From: Spirochaetia bacterium
Lineage (GTDB): Bacteria > Spirochaetota > Spirochaetia > CADAEX01
Direction: 5' to 3'
DNA length: 64,000 nt
Assembly (NCBI GenBank): GCA_963662795.1
Contig: OY759746.1
Coordinates: forward strand, 3,808,001 to 3,872,000
The first letter of the stretch is position 1; every line of letters starts with the position of its first letter. Positions 30,832 to 41,101 of this stretch are shown here, one piece after another. The translations under genes and the position numbers were made by a program. The notes under the pieces are model-generated. The model ran no database searches. It worked only from the letters and a program-made list of their open reading frames with translations, and had not been told where the DNA came from.

Positions 30832-31188
30832 CTATTCAACTTTCAGGACATCTTTTATAAGCTGCTTGAAAGTTTCTTTTGGAAGAGCACCCGCTGCCAT
30901 CTGCGGTTTTTCATCTTTCGGAATAAAAAGAATTGACGGAATACTGGAAATACCAAATGCCGCGGAAATATCCTGCTCCTGTTCAGTATTTACCTTGTAT
31001 ATATTCAGTTTACCTTCAAATTCCTCTGATAGTTTCTCAAGAACCGGCGCTACCATCTTACAGGGTCCGCACCAGTCTGCGTAAAAATCCACTATTGCAG
31101 GAAGTTCTCCTTTGAATTTCCATTCTTTTTCGTTTTCATAATCAAAAATCTTATCCACAAAATCCTGTTTCGTTATCTGTACTGCCAT
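30832..31188 (-). CDS. trxA: Thioredoxin
   Basis: DFYADWCGPCK. Confidence 0.93.
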   Translation of the reverse strand: MAVQITKQDFVDKIFDYENEKEWKFKGELPAIVDFYADWCGPCKMVAPVLEKLSEEFEGKLNIYKVNTEQEQDISAAFGISSIPSILFIPKDEKPQMAAGALPKETFKQLIKDVLKVE

Positions 31189-31239
31189 ATTAATAACCCC
31201 TTTATTTTTATTTTAATATATATATATTTATATATATAG

Positions 31240-32402
31240 TCAAGGAGTTCTCTGCATTTTTTTCAGTTCATCAATCCTTGATCTGTCTTCTTTAATCAGG
31301 GTTTCAAGGTCAGATATCTCTTTTTGCATGGCACTGATTTTTTGAACTTTTTTTGAGATACTCTTCTGTCTTTCAGCCGTATCAATTTCAATTTTTTCTA
31401 TCTCGAGTTCAATTTCAAGCTGCCCTTTTTTCATTTCAAGCTTTTCAATTTCACTGTTTCGATTTTTTATTCCTTCAAAAATGCCGGCAGCTTCACTCTC
31501 CGGATTTATAAGATATTCCGTTTTATCCGGGGTTCCCGGGGATTTTTCATAATCAAAAATTATCCGGTAAATCTTTTTTCCAAATTCCTTAAGGAGTTCC
31601 TCTCTTTCCTTAAGCCTGTATTTAAGAAACTGTTCGGGATCGTTCTCAAAATAAATCAATAATTCATCAATTTCATGTTCAAAATTATTTTTTTCAGCCT
31701 CAAGCGTTTCGAGCTTGATTTCAAGGTCCTCCTGAATTTTCCTGTTGCTTCTGTATGCTGCAAACATACCTGCTATTTCCTGACTGGGATTGTTTTCATA
31801 GACCCTGTTCAGGCACATCTCTTTCCCTGCTTTTTTTTTGGCAGCATTAAGCTGCGCTTCATTCATTTTTTTCCGTGAAGCCAGAATGGCTTTTTCTCCC
31901 GCTCCTGCCATTCTGGATAGAACAGACTGGTTTTTTTTAGCGTTTATATCTTCAATTTTTCTATCAAGTTCCCTCTTTTTTTTATCCAGATCAATTATCC
32001 CGGTGAAATAATTCTCAAGCTCCGGCATTGAAGCAGGATTTTTTTTGTATAAATTGAATAAAGTATCAGCAATACCCAGAAAATGTTTGCTGTTGTCCTT
32101 TTCTATATCATTGTTTTTTCCTGCTGTCTGCTGTATTTCCCCATTAATTTCAGATACTTTTTTCCTGAACTGGGTAAGCTTTTCTTTTTAGATTCAGCTT
32201 CTTCCAAAAGAGATTCAGCTTTTTTTAACTCAGTTATTGAGGAACCGTGTTTTTTCTTCCTGATGATAGAATTATACTCTCCAGTTTCATTCTGAAATAT
32301 TAATTCCCCAAGGGTTTTATAATGCGAATCCGCATCAAGTACGGCATCCTTTATCATGACTTCAATTTTTTTAATTTCCTTAATTCTGTTATCCATACGC
32401 AT
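31240..32402 (-). pseudogene. Coiled-coil hypothetical protein split by a -1 frameshift near 32185-32189
   Basis: ORF 32402-32103 and ORF 32028-31240 join via an open -1 frame (EKLTQFRKKVSEINGKIQQ..ASMPE) if one A is added to TCT AAA AAG. Confidence 0.6.
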
Positions 32403-32515
32403 ATTGTGTCATAAACTCAACAAATCTGCAATTTTTTTTATTTTTTATTGAAGAAACTTCCTGATTTAATTATCATTTAAATGAGTTTTTTTATCCTGGC
32501 GATATTGGAGTTATT

Positions 32516-33439
32516 ATGATATTTTCTGAAACTATATTAGATACAATTGGTAAAACACCTTTAATTAAATTGAGAAGCATCTCTGAAGAGACCGGCAACC
32601 TTGTTCTCGCAAAAGCAGAATTCATGAATCCTGCTTCAAGCGTTAAAGACAGGGCCGCCCTTTTTATGATAAACAGCGCGGAGAAAGAAGGTATATTAAA
32701 ACCTGAAAGCGTCATTGTTGAGCCGACAAGCGGCAACACAGGTATCGGGCTTGCACTGGTCTGTGCAGTCAAAAAATACAGGCTTATTCTTACCATGCCT
32801 GAATCCATGAGTATGGAAAGAAGAAATCTTCTCTCTGCCATGGGTGCGGAACTGGTTTTGACCCCGGCCGACGAGGGAATGTCCGGAGCAATCAACAAAG
32901 CCCGGGAAATAGCGGAATCGAACAAGGATAGCTTTATTCCAATGCAGTTTTCAAACAAGGCAAACCCGGAAGCACACTACAGAACAACGGGGGTGGAAAT
33001 CTGGGAAGATACAGGCGGTGAGATTGACTGGTTTGTAGCAGGAGTCGGAACAGGCGGAACTGTTTCAGGCTGCGGCAGGTATTTCAGAAGGAAAAAAAGT
33101 TCTGTAAAAATCGCGGCAGTTGAACCATGGGAATCTTCAGTAATATCAGGGGAGCAGGCCGCAAAACACCGCATACAGGGTATAGGCGCAGGCTTTATCC
33201 CGGAAAACCTCGACAGGTCGCTTATTGACAGAATAATCAGGGTAAGAAGCGAAGATGCCATAGAAATGAGCAGAACTCTTATCAAAACCGATGGGATTTT
33301 TGCCGGTATTTCTGCCGGAGCCAATGTATATGCAGCAAAAATGATCTCCGAGTATGAAAAAAACAAGGGGAAAATAATTGTGACTATTCTCTGCGACAGC
33401 GGGGAGAGGTATCTTTCAACAGGGATATACAACACATAA
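32516..33439 (+). CDS. cysK: Cysteine synthase A
   Basis: NPASSVKDR, EPTSGNTG, GVGTGGT, IQGIGAGF, DSGERYLS. Confidence 0.95.
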   Translation: MIFSETILDTIGKTPLIKLRSISEETGNLVLAKAEFMNPASSVKDRAALFMINSAEKEGILKPESVIVEPTSGNTGIGLALVCAVKKYRLILTMPESMSMERRNLLSAMGAELVLTPADEGMSGAINKAREIAESNKDSFIPMQFSNKANPEAHYRTTGVEIWEDTGGEIDWFVAGVGTGGTVSGCGRYFRRKKSSVKIAAVEPWESSVISGEQAAKHRIQGIGAGFIPENLDRSLIDRIIRVRSEDAIEMSRTLIKTDGIFAGISAGANVYAAKMISEYEKNKGKIIVTILCDSGERYLSTGIYNT

Positions 33440-33455
33440 TATCAAAGCTTTTCTG

Positions 33456-33821
33456 TCAGTTCCGGAAATTCTCCACAAACTGAACCTCATACCCGTCAGG
33501 GTCGCTGATAAAGAAAAACCCCACATGAGGATTTGGAAAGAACGGCCCTTTAATACTGATGTTTCTCTTTTTCATCTCTACAAGGGATTTATCAAGGGAT
33601 GGGGTTTCAAAGCCGATTGATATGCCCTTTCCCAGGCCTTCAGCCATTTTCTCACCTGTGCAGACAAGTTCCACCTTGGGCATGTTTTCTTCACCAAGCA
33701 TAACAATTTCAGTTTCTCCCCCGTCATGACGGCTGCTGACTGAAAGTCCAAGTACTCCCTGATAGAATTCAAGGGATTTTTTCATATTTTCAACCCTTAA
33801 TGTTACCCAGCAGAATTTCAT
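33456..33821 (-). CDS. VOC/glyoxalase family protein
   Basis: TLRVENMKKSLEFY..FFISDPDGYEVQF. Confidence 0.88.
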   Translation of the reverse strand: MKFCWVTLRVENMKKSLEFYQGVLGLSVSSRHDGGETEIVMLGEENMPKVELVCTGEKMAEGLGKGISIGFETPSLDKSLVEMKKRNISIKGPFFPNPHVGFFFISDPDGYEVQFVENFRN

Positions 33822-33869
33822 TTTATTTCTCCTCCGTATTATTATAAACCTGCCCCCGATGCTTCCCTG

Positions 33870-34559
33870 TCAGGACGGTATTTTTCCTTTCCGGTACCAG
33901 TTTTCCGCGATATAAACGCATGGCGTGTCAAAAACTGCGACTATCCATTTCATTATGTATGTTGTAAGAAATATTTCAACTATTGTTTTACTGTCAAAGA
34001 CTCCGGCGAACGCAATCAGCGTAAATACAACGCTGTCTATCAGCTGGCTTACCATCGTGCTTGCGTTATTTCTTATCCAGATATATTTTTTGTCTGAATA
34101 TTTGTTTTTCCAGAAGCTGTAAGCCCAGATATCGTGATATTCGGATAAAAGAAACGCCGCAAGACTTGCAAGTGCTATCCTTGGCATCACTGAAAATATT
34201 GCGCTTAGGTGCTCACTTGCAAAGTCTGATTCCGCAGGGGTGAAACGGATTGCGATATTCATAAGTATAGTCATTGCCGCAAGAGAAAGAAACCCGGCAA
34301 AAACGGCTTTTGAAGCTTCTTTTTTTGAATGGTTTTCAGAGAGTATATCAGTGACAAGAAAGGATGTCGCATAGATAATATTGCCGAGTGTATTTGTAAA
34401 CCCGAATATTTCAACAGTTTTAATTACTTCGATGTTTGCAAGTATTACAGATATCGGTATCCATATAAAAAGCCCGGTTTTCCCTAAAAACCGATAGAAG
34501 AAAAGAATAAAGGCAAAATTGATAAAAAGTGAGGCAAACCATAATATTTCATTTGTCAT
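33870..34559 (-). CDS. Queuosine precursor transporter (YhhQ/Vut_1 family)
   Basis: LANIEVIK, TLGN..FLVTDILSE, RIALASLAAF, RNNASTMVSQLIDS. Confidence 0.9.
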   Translation of the reverse strand: MTNEILWFASLFINFAFILFFYRFLGKTGLFIWIPISVILANIEVIKTVEIFGFTNTLGNIIYATSFLVTDILSENHSKKEASKAVFAGFLSLAAMTILMNIAIRFTPAESDFASEHLSAIFSVMPRIALASLAAFLLSEYHDIWAYSFWKNKYSDKKYIWIRNNASTMVSQLIDSVVFTLIAFAGVFDSKTIVEIFLTTYIMKWIVAVFDTPCVYIAENWYRKGKIPS

Positions 34560-34564
34560 GAAAA

Positions 34565-34604
34565 CTCCTTGTTTTGTTTATGCGGGTTGCAGGAAACGAC
34601 CGCT
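34565..34604 (-). ncRNA. preQ1-I riboswitch (translational)
   Basis: AGCGG-UCGUUUCCUGCAAC-CCGC-AUAAACAAAACAAGGAG. P1 stem, A-rich tail running into the SD, loop UCCU complementary to AGGA; directly upstream of the preQ transporter. Confidence 0.85.
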
Positions 34605-34626
34605 TTAATCTGCGAAATTATTATTC

Positions 34627-34652
34627 ATGTGCAGACAAATGGGTCTGCACAT
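34627..34652. terminator. Stem-loop downstream of the FabK-like gene
   Basis: ATGTGCAGAC-AAATGG-GTCTGCACAT 10-bp stem. Confidence 0.55.
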
Positions 34653-34665
34653 GTTATCCGGTTAA

Positions 34666-35691
34666 TTATTCTATATAAGATATAACCTTTTCAAGTTCTT
34701 TTACAGCATCGCGGTTGACTTCCTCAATTATTGCTTTTACAGAAATAATGTCTTTTACAAAGTCTATGCTCTGCCCCGCCATAAGAGAACCGGTTGCGAC
34801 ATCTCCGTCAACAACAGCCCGTCTTAATGCTCCGATCCAGAACTCCTCGAGCTTCAATCCCGCGTCCCGTGTGCTTATCTCCCCTGCCTCAATTTTTTTG
34901 ATCAGGTCAAGCTGAAGTGCTGTAAATTCCCTGAATCCTTCATTCATTATCGCCCTTACCGGTATGACCGGAACCCTGGGGTCGAATTTGGCGCACGGCT
35001 GTACATCCTTGGCCGTCGCCCTGACAAAGGCTTCCTTGAATGCCTTATGGGCAGGGGACTCTACAGAAGCGGCAAACCTTGTGCCGAGCTGGATACCGGA
35101 GGCGCCCATCAACATGTAGTGGGCCATAAGAAAACCGCTTCCGATACCGCCTGCGACAAAAACCGGAATATCAGTCACCTGGGGCAGGATCTGCTCGGCG
35201 AGCACGCTTGTGGATACAGGCCCTATATGGCCTCCTGCTTCGTGCCCTTCAATAATTACGGCATCGGCGCCAAGCCTTAAATGCATTTCAACCGCCTTGA
35301 GAGAGGGGGCGAAGCAGATAAGTTTACCGCCTGCGTCTTTCACTTTTCCGTATGCGTCGCGGGGAGGAAGGCCTCCTGCGAATATCACAAAGTCTGCCTT
35401 AATCCTGCACACATAATCAAGCTGAGGTGTAAAATTGGGCGCAATTGTTATCATATTTACACCGAAAGGCTTTGTGGTTAGTGTCTGGGTCTTTTTTATT
35501 TCCTCTGCAAAAAGGTCAACAGGCATATTCCCGCCTGCGATTACACCGAATCCGCCGGCATTGGATATGGCAGAAACAAGCTGATGGTTTGAAATCCACG
35601 ACATGGCACCGCCTAATACAGGTGAATCAACGCCGAGAAAATCCCGCCCCTTTTTATTTAATCTGTCGAAAAGCTGTTTTCCTTTATTCAT
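34666..35691 (-). CDS. Nitronate monooxygenase / FabK-like enoyl-ACP reductase (FMN)
   Basis: GGAMSW..SNAGGFG, KPFGVN, EGHEAGGHIG, AGGIG, QLGTRF, GSLMAGQS. Confidence 0.85.
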   Translation of the reverse strand: MNKGKQLFDRLNKKGRDFLGVDSPVLGGAMSWISNHQLVSAISNAGGFGVIAGGNMPVDLFAEEIKKTQTLTTKPFGVNMITIAPNFTPQLDYVCRIKADFVIFAGGLPPRDAYGKVKDAGGKLICFAPSLKAVEMHLRLGADAVIIEGHEAGGHIGPVSTSVLAEQILPQVTDIPVFVAGGIGSGFLMAHYMLMGASGIQLGTRFAASVESPAHKAFKEAFVRATAKDVQPCAKFDPRVPVIPVRAIMNEGFREFTALQLDLIKKIEAGEISTRDAGLKLEEFWIGALRRAVVDGDVATGSLMAGQSIDFVKDIISVKAIIEEVNRDAVKELEKVISYIE

Positions 35692-35815
35692 ATTGTTTTA
35701 CCTCGCAATATTTGATCATATTTAAAAAATAAACGCAAATAATATTGAAAGATTATATACTGGTCAAGTCAATATCTTTAAAAAACACTTATTTTAAAAT
35801 ATAATCCCTTTATAA

Positions 35816-36229
35816 ATGGGTAATACTAACAGGACAGATATAATCAGGAAAGAAATATTCCGTCTTTTTATCATGATTTTTTCATTTTCTGTATTATCAG
35901 CCGCTGCGGTTTCGACGCTTTTTATAATACTTAACGATAAAGCAATGCTTATAATTGTACTTTCAATCACGGTAATATTTTCATGCTGGGCATTTTTTTT
36001 CACTCAGCTTGTCAAAATCTTAAGGCCAATGAAAGATTATACCCTCCTTGACAGCAGCGAGATCAACAGGATAATCGCAAAGAACACTGCCCCCATCAGA
36101 AAAAAATACTATTCAATCTATAATCTTCAAAAAGAAAAAGATAAAAAAATGATTCTATTGCGGTATAACCTTGAAAGACTGTATATTAAGATCAGACAGG
36201 ATAATAAAAATCAGGACCGGAGCAGCTGA
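35816..36229 (+). CDS. Hypothetical two-TM membrane protein
   Basis: Two hydrophobic segments; abuts hisD. Confidence 0.5.
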   Translation: MGNTNRTDIIRKEIFRLFIMIFSFSVLSAAAVSTLFIILNDKAMLIIVLSITVIFSCWAFFFTQLVKILRPMKDYTLLDSSEINRIIAKNTAPIRKKYYSIYNLQKEKDKKMILLRYNLERLYIKIRQDNKNQDRSS

Positions 36230-37540
36230 ATGATACACATAAATTTCTGGAAATGGGATAATTTAAACAGCGCGGACAGGGAAAAAATCCTCTCAAGATC
36301 TGATACAGATATTAAAGGGGTAATGGAATCTGTTGGCAGAATAATTGAGGATGTAAAAGCAGATAAAGACAGCGCATTGATAAGATATACAAAACAGTTT
36401 GATAAAGCTGACCTTTCTGAAATACCTTTAATGGTAACAGAAAAAGAATATGATGAAGCTGAAAAAGGGCTCACCTCTGACGTAAAGGACGCTCTCTCCT
36501 GGTCCATAGCCAATGTGCGCAAATATCACAGGAAACAGATCCCGGAAGGCTTTGACAGCTTTGAAATAAGACCAGGCATATTTACAGGAGAGAGGGTTAC
36601 TCCTGTAGATTCGGCAGGACTTTATGTTCCCCGCGGCAGGGGAAGCTTCCCTTCGATGCTCTACATGCTCAGTGTCCCTGCGGTTGAAGCAGGAGTTAAG
36701 CGGGTATGCGTTGTTACGCCGCCGAACAGCGACGGCACAGTTGACCCGGCCTGTCTTTACGCTGCAAGGCTCTGCGGTGTCTCTGAAATTTACAGGGTCG
36801 GCGGCGCGCAGGCAATTGCAGCCCTTGCATACGGGACAGAATCGATAAAACCGGTTGTAAAGATTACAGGCCCGGGCAGCGTTTATGTAACAGCCGCAAA
36901 AAGACTGCTTTACGGAAAGATAGATGTCGGCCTTCCTGCCGGCCCTTCGGAATCTGTTATTATTGCGGACTCTTCGGCGGACCCGTACAGGGCAGCTCTT
37001 GATCTTCTTATTGAAGCCGAACACGGATCAGATTCTTCCGCTGTTTTAATTACTGATTCAGAAGTGCTTGCTAAAAAAGTAACCGGATATTTATCCTCAA
37101 TTATTGAAAATGTGCCTGAGCCGAGAAAGACATTTTTATCCGATGTTTTCAGGGGATACGGCGGGATTATTCTGACCTCCGGCATGGATGAAACTGCGGA
37201 AATTGTAAACCTCTATGCTCCCGAGCACCTTCAAATTGCAACGGCCGATCCGCTTGAAGCATCAAAAATGATCAGAAACGCGGGAGAAATCCTCCTCGGG
37301 CAGGACACTCCCTTTTCAATAGCAAATTACTCGACAGGACCGAACGCGGTACTTCCGACCGGCGGAATGGCAAAGAGTTTTTCCCCGGTATCTGTAAGAG
37401 ACTTTACAAAATCCACTTCTTTAATTTATGCAGACCGTAAAGGGCTTAAGGATGTCACTGCCCACGTAATTGCGCTTGCCGATTATGAGGGGTTTAATAC
37501 CCACGCCGGTGCGCTCAGGATGAGGAAAGAACCGCAATAA
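36230..37540 (+). CDS. hisD: Histidinol dehydrogenase family protein (variant active site)
   Basis: GLYVPRG, GGAQAIAALAYGT, GPGS, PAGPSE, EAEHG, APEHL, NAVLPT. Confidence 0.8.
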   Translation: MIHINFWKWDNLNSADREKILSRSDTDIKGVMESVGRIIEDVKADKDSALIRYTKQFDKADLSEIPLMVTEKEYDEAEKGLTSDVKDALSWSIANVRKYHRKQIPEGFDSFEIRPGIFTGERVTPVDSAGLYVPRGRGSFPSMLYMLSVPAVEAGVKRVCVVTPPNSDGTVDPACLYAARLCGVSEIYRVGGAQAIAALAYGTESIKPVVKITGPGSVYVTAAKRLLYGKIDVGLPAGPSESVIIADSSADPYRAALDLLIEAEHGSDSSAVLITDSEVLAKKVTGYLSSIIENVPEPRKTFLSDVFRGYGGIILTSGMDETAEIVNLYAPEHLQIATADPLEASKMIRNAGEILLGQDTPFSIANYSTGPNAVLPTGGMAKSFSPVSVRDFTKSTSLIYADRKGLKDVTAHVIALADYEGFNTHAGALRMRKEPQ

Positions 37541-37544
37541 CTAT

Positions 37545-38975
37545 ATGAACACTGATATTGCCTCTGTAGATGAAGGGTTTTACTATCTTGAATCATTTAC
37601 AAATCTTGAAAGAAAAACAACTCTTTATGAAAGGGAATACAGACTCGACAGGGTAAAGTACCTTTTTGCCTCTTTCGGAAGCCCGCATGATGGGATAAAC
37701 CTTATCCACATCGCAGGATCCAAGGGGAAGGGCTCGACCTCATCGTATGCGGCATCAATACTTAAAAACTGCGGTTTTAAAACAGGTCTTTACGCTTCTC
37801 CCCATCTTCTGACATACAGGGAAAGGATAACTCTCGCAGGTGATTTCTTCAGTGACGAGGTCTATATCAGAAATATCAGTTGTATTAAAGCTTTTCTGGA
37901 AAACGCGAAGATACCGTTTGAGACTCCCCCCACTACCTTTGAGCTTCTGACCCTTCTTGCGTTTTTGATCTTCAGGGAACAGAAATGCAGCTGGGCAGTT
38001 ATTGAAACCGGGATAGGGGGAAGGCTTGATGCCACAAACATCATTACCCCCCTGTGTTCAGTTATAACCCCGCTTGAGCTTGAGCATCAGGACATTCTCG
38101 GCAATTCTCTTGAAGAGATTGCATTTGAAAAAGCCGGAATCATCAAGAGATTAATTCCTGCTGTCACGGCCGGGCAGCCCGAAAAAGCACTTGAGGTTTT
38201 AAAGACCGCAGCTTCAGACAAAGACAGCAGTCTGACGGTAGTAACCGATGCCATGAGGATAAGCAATGCAGCTGTGTCGGTCAGCGGAACATCTTTTACC
38301 CTTTCTTCAGATTCAGGTGAAACTTTTGAATATAATCTTCAAACCCGGCTTTTAGGTTCATTCCAGGCAGAAAACAGCGCTCTTGCGATACTTGCTGTTA
38401 TGAAAGCGCTGGGAAAATACAGGGATTTTCCCTCAGGAGAACCTTATAACGGAAAACTTTTTTCCGAAGAAATTTCTTTCAGGAATTTCTTTCAGGAAGC
38501 AGTAAAAAAAGGGATTAGTGAGGCAAAAGCTGCAGGAAGAATTGAGTATCTGATGCCATCCGGATTTCAGCCGGGAATAATACTGGACTCTTCCCATACA
38601 CCTGGTTCTGCGGAAAAGCTGCTAAGTGTCATTGAAACAATAGGGGATTATGAAAAGAAGGTTCTGCTTTTCGGTTCGATTGAGGGCAAGGATTATAAAA
38701 AAATGCTCGAAATACTCGGCCCTCTTTTTAATGAAATAATCATCTCTACCCCGGGAATTTTTAAAAAAAGCAGCCCTGAAATGTCCTATAATTATGCCAG
38801 ACAGCTCATGAGCAATAACAAGGTGTCTCTTGAAATTGTACCGGCATCTGCCCTTGAAAAAGCACTGGAAAGCGCCGGGGGCAAAGGTCTTATCGTTGTT
38901 ACAGGTTCTTTTTATATGGCAGGTGAAATCAGGAAAATCCTGAAAGGAGGATATTGTGGAATTTCTGAGCAGTGA
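37545..38975 (+). CDS. folC: Folylpolyglutamate synthase/dihydrofolate synthase
   Basis: HIAGSKGKGST, SPHL, ETGIGGRLDATN, EKAGIIK, TGSFY. Confidence 0.92.
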   Translation: MNTDIASVDEGFYYLESFTNLERKTTLYEREYRLDRVKYLFASFGSPHDGINLIHIAGSKGKGSTSSYAASILKNCGFKTGLYASPHLLTYRERITLAGDFFSDEVYIRNISCIKAFLENAKIPFETPPTTFELLTLLAFLIFREQKCSWAVIETGIGGRLDATNIITPLCSVITPLELEHQDILGNSLEEIAFEKAGIIKRLIPAVTAGQPEKALEVLKTAASDKDSSLTVVTDAMRISNAAVSVSGTSFTLSSDSGETFEYNLQTRLLGSFQAENSALAILAVMKALGKYRDFPSGEPYNGKLFSEEISFRNFFQEAVKKGISEAKAAGRIEYLMPSGFQPGIILDSSHTPGSAEKLLSVIETIGDYEKKVLLFGSIEGKDYKKMLEILGPLFNEIIISTPGIFKKSSPEMSYNYARQLMSNNKVSLEIVPASALEKALESAGGKGLIVVTGSFYMAGEIRKILKGGYCGISEQ

Positions 38976-39531
38976 CAGAATTGCTGTTTTAAGGGGAGAT
39001 ATTACAAAACTTGAAGTTGACGCAATTGTTAACGCAGCCAATTCACAGCTTCTTGGAGGCGGCGGTGTTGACGGGGCCATTCACAGGGCAGGAGGGCCTG
39101 AAATACTTGAAGAATGCAAGGCAATAAGAAAAAATCAGTATCCGGGACCTGAAGGTATGCCGCCGGGAAACGCTGTTGTAACTACAGGAGGCTATCTTCC
39201 CGCAAAAAAAATTATCCATACGGCAGGCCCTGTCTGGGGGGGCGGCAATATGGGAGAAGAAGCGATACTGGAAAAGGCATATCTCTCATGTCTTGAGACT
39301 GCCTTGACTTTTAAATTTTCCTCTATTGCATTTCCGGCAATTTCAACAGGTGTTTTCGGTTACCCAAAGAAAAAGGCGGCAGTTACCGCTTACAGGACTG
39401 TAAAGAATTTTATCGAAAGCAGCAGATACCCGGAAATGGTTTATTTTGTATTTATAAACAATCAGGATGCTGATTTATTTATTAAAACAATTGAAACAGT
39501 TTTTTTTGCTGATTCGATTGATGAAGACTGA
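38956..39531 (+). CDS. Macro domain O-acetyl-ADP-ribose deacetylase
   Basis: GDIT..IVNAANSQLLGGGGVDGAIH..FPAISTGVFGYP. Confidence 0.92.
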   Translation: MEFLSSDRIAVLRGDITKLEVDAIVNAANSQLLGGGGVDGAIHRAGGPEILEECKAIRKNQYPGPEGMPPGNAVVTTGGYLPAKKIIHTAGPVWGGGNMGEEAILEKAYLSCLETALTFKFSSIAFPAISTGVFGYPKKKAAVTAYRTVKNFIESSRYPEMVYFVFINNQDADLFIKTIETVFFADSIDED

Positions 39532-39540
39532 GGAATAAAA

Positions 39541-41049
39541 TTGTCGCTTAATAATGCAGAAATTGATCTTATTATATCTGAGCTTGATATTTCAGGAAGC
39601 CAGATACAGAATATAATTCAGCCTGATTTCTCTTCATTATTTTTATCGCTCTATGACAGAGGCGCTAAAAAAGATCTCTTTATTTCTCTTGCCCAGAGTA
39701 AAACACGATTAAACCTTACAAACAGAAGATTCCCGAAACCGGCAAAACAGCAGAGATTTGTGCAGTTTCTGAAAGCGAGGATACCTGGAGGAATAATTAC
39801 TGATGTTACGCAGCCCGGAAAAGAACGAATAGTAAGAATCAGGATAGACAATGAAGAGTGGATAACCCTCCTCTGGATAAGGCTCTGGGGCGGCAGCGCA
39901 AACATTATAGCGACAGATGAAAAATTAAATATTCTTGACCTTTTCTACAGAAGGCCTGGTAAAAACGAGACAAGCGGGAAAAAACTTGAACTCCCTGAAA
40001 ATGTACTGAAATCTGCTGAAGGAATGGAAAATACTGCCGGAAAGGATAATATCGTCCTACCAGCCTCTTCGGAAACAAATGCGGTTTTAAGCAGGGAAAA
40101 AGCCTATACAGTGAGGGAATATCCCCACGGGAATGAAAATCCGTTCAACACTTTTATTGACAGATTTTACTCTGAAGAAATTGAATCGGGTGAGAAAGAT
40201 AAAATCAGGGAAATAATTAAGGGAAAGATTAACAAAAAGCTTTCACTTCTGAAATCTTCATTTGAGCGGATTTCGGATGAACTTGGGAGTCCCGGGAGCT
40301 TTGACAGGTTCAAACAGTACGGGCAGCTCATATTAAGCGGCAGCCATTCAATAAAAACAGGTGACAGATGGTTTAAAACAGAGAATTATCTGGATAACGG
40401 AAATTTAATTTCAATCGAACTTGACAGCACTCTCTCTCCTGAGGAAAACGCGGAGAACTATTTTAAAAAATACAAAAAAGCAAAATCCGCCCAGTCAAAT
40501 CTTAATGAAGAAAAAAACAATATTGAATCCCGTATTGAAAAACTGAATCAGACTATTGCTTCGCTTGATGCAATTGATGATATAGGGAAGCTTAAAAAAA
40601 TAATCTCAGGTGATGATTTAAATAAGGATAAAATTGAAAAGGAAGATGTACCGGGCCTTCAATTTTTTTCCGGCGGTTACAGATTCCTTGTCGGCCGGAC
40701 AGCGGCAGAAAACGATGCTCTTTTGAGAAAACATGTAAGGGGAAACGATTACTGGCTGCATGCAAGGGATTATCCCGGAGGCTATGTTTTTATCAAATAC
40801 CTGAATGGAAAATCTGTTCCGCTTGAAATACTTGTTGAAGCGGGAACCCTTGCAGTTTATTTCAGCAAGGGACGTAACTCGGGAAAAGGAGAAGTATATT
40901 ATACCCAGGTAAAATATCTAAGAAGAGCAAAGGGTGCAAAAAAAGGGACAGTACTGCCGACACAGGAAAAAAACCTTTCCATTGTCCTTGATAAAAATAT
41001 TCTCGGGAAATTGCTTAACAGGGGAAAAGAAATCCCTTTAATATATTAA
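39541..41049 (+). CDS. NFACT/RqcH (FbpA-like) ribosome quality-control protein
   Basis: ERIV..NII N-domain, coiled coil ENAENYFKKYKK, NFACT-R VGRTAAEND..WLHARDYPG..YTQVKYL. Confidence 0.88.
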   Translation: MSLNNAEIDLIISELDISGSQIQNIIQPDFSSLFLSLYDRGAKKDLFISLAQSKTRLNLTNRRFPKPAKQQRFVQFLKARIPGGIITDVTQPGKERIVRIRIDNEEWITLLWIRLWGGSANIIATDEKLNILDLFYRRPGKNETSGKKLELPENVLKSAEGMENTAGKDNIVLPASSETNAVLSREKAYTVREYPHGNENPFNTFIDRFYSEEIESGEKDKIREIIKGKINKKLSLLKSSFERISDELGSPGSFDRFKQYGQLILSGSHSIKTGDRWFKTENYLDNGNLISIELDSTLSPEENAENYFKKYKKAKSAQSNLNEEKNNIESRIEKLNQTIASLDAIDDIGKLKKIISGDDLNKDKIEKEDVPGLQFFSGGYRFLVGRTAAENDALLRKHVRGNDYWLHARDYPGGYVFIKYLNGKSVPLEILVEAGTLAVYFSKGRNSGKGEVYYTQVKYLRRAKGAKKGTVLPTQEKNLSIVLDKNILGKLLNRGKEIPLIY

Positions 41050-41101
41050 TAATTATAAACATATTGTTGCTAATTAATTTTCAATAACCAATACTATATA
41101 T

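Noticed and set aside
31216-31238. (TA)n palindrome upstream of trxA as a repeat element
   Set aside because: Short, and it fits the spacer/-10 of a TTGACT promoter; an operator role cannot be supported from sequence alone.
32977-33435. Long antisense ORFs (also 32491-32958, 36428-37024, 52097-52612 and many shorter ones)
   Set aside because: Shadows of well-supported genes on the opposite strand, with no recognisable motifs.
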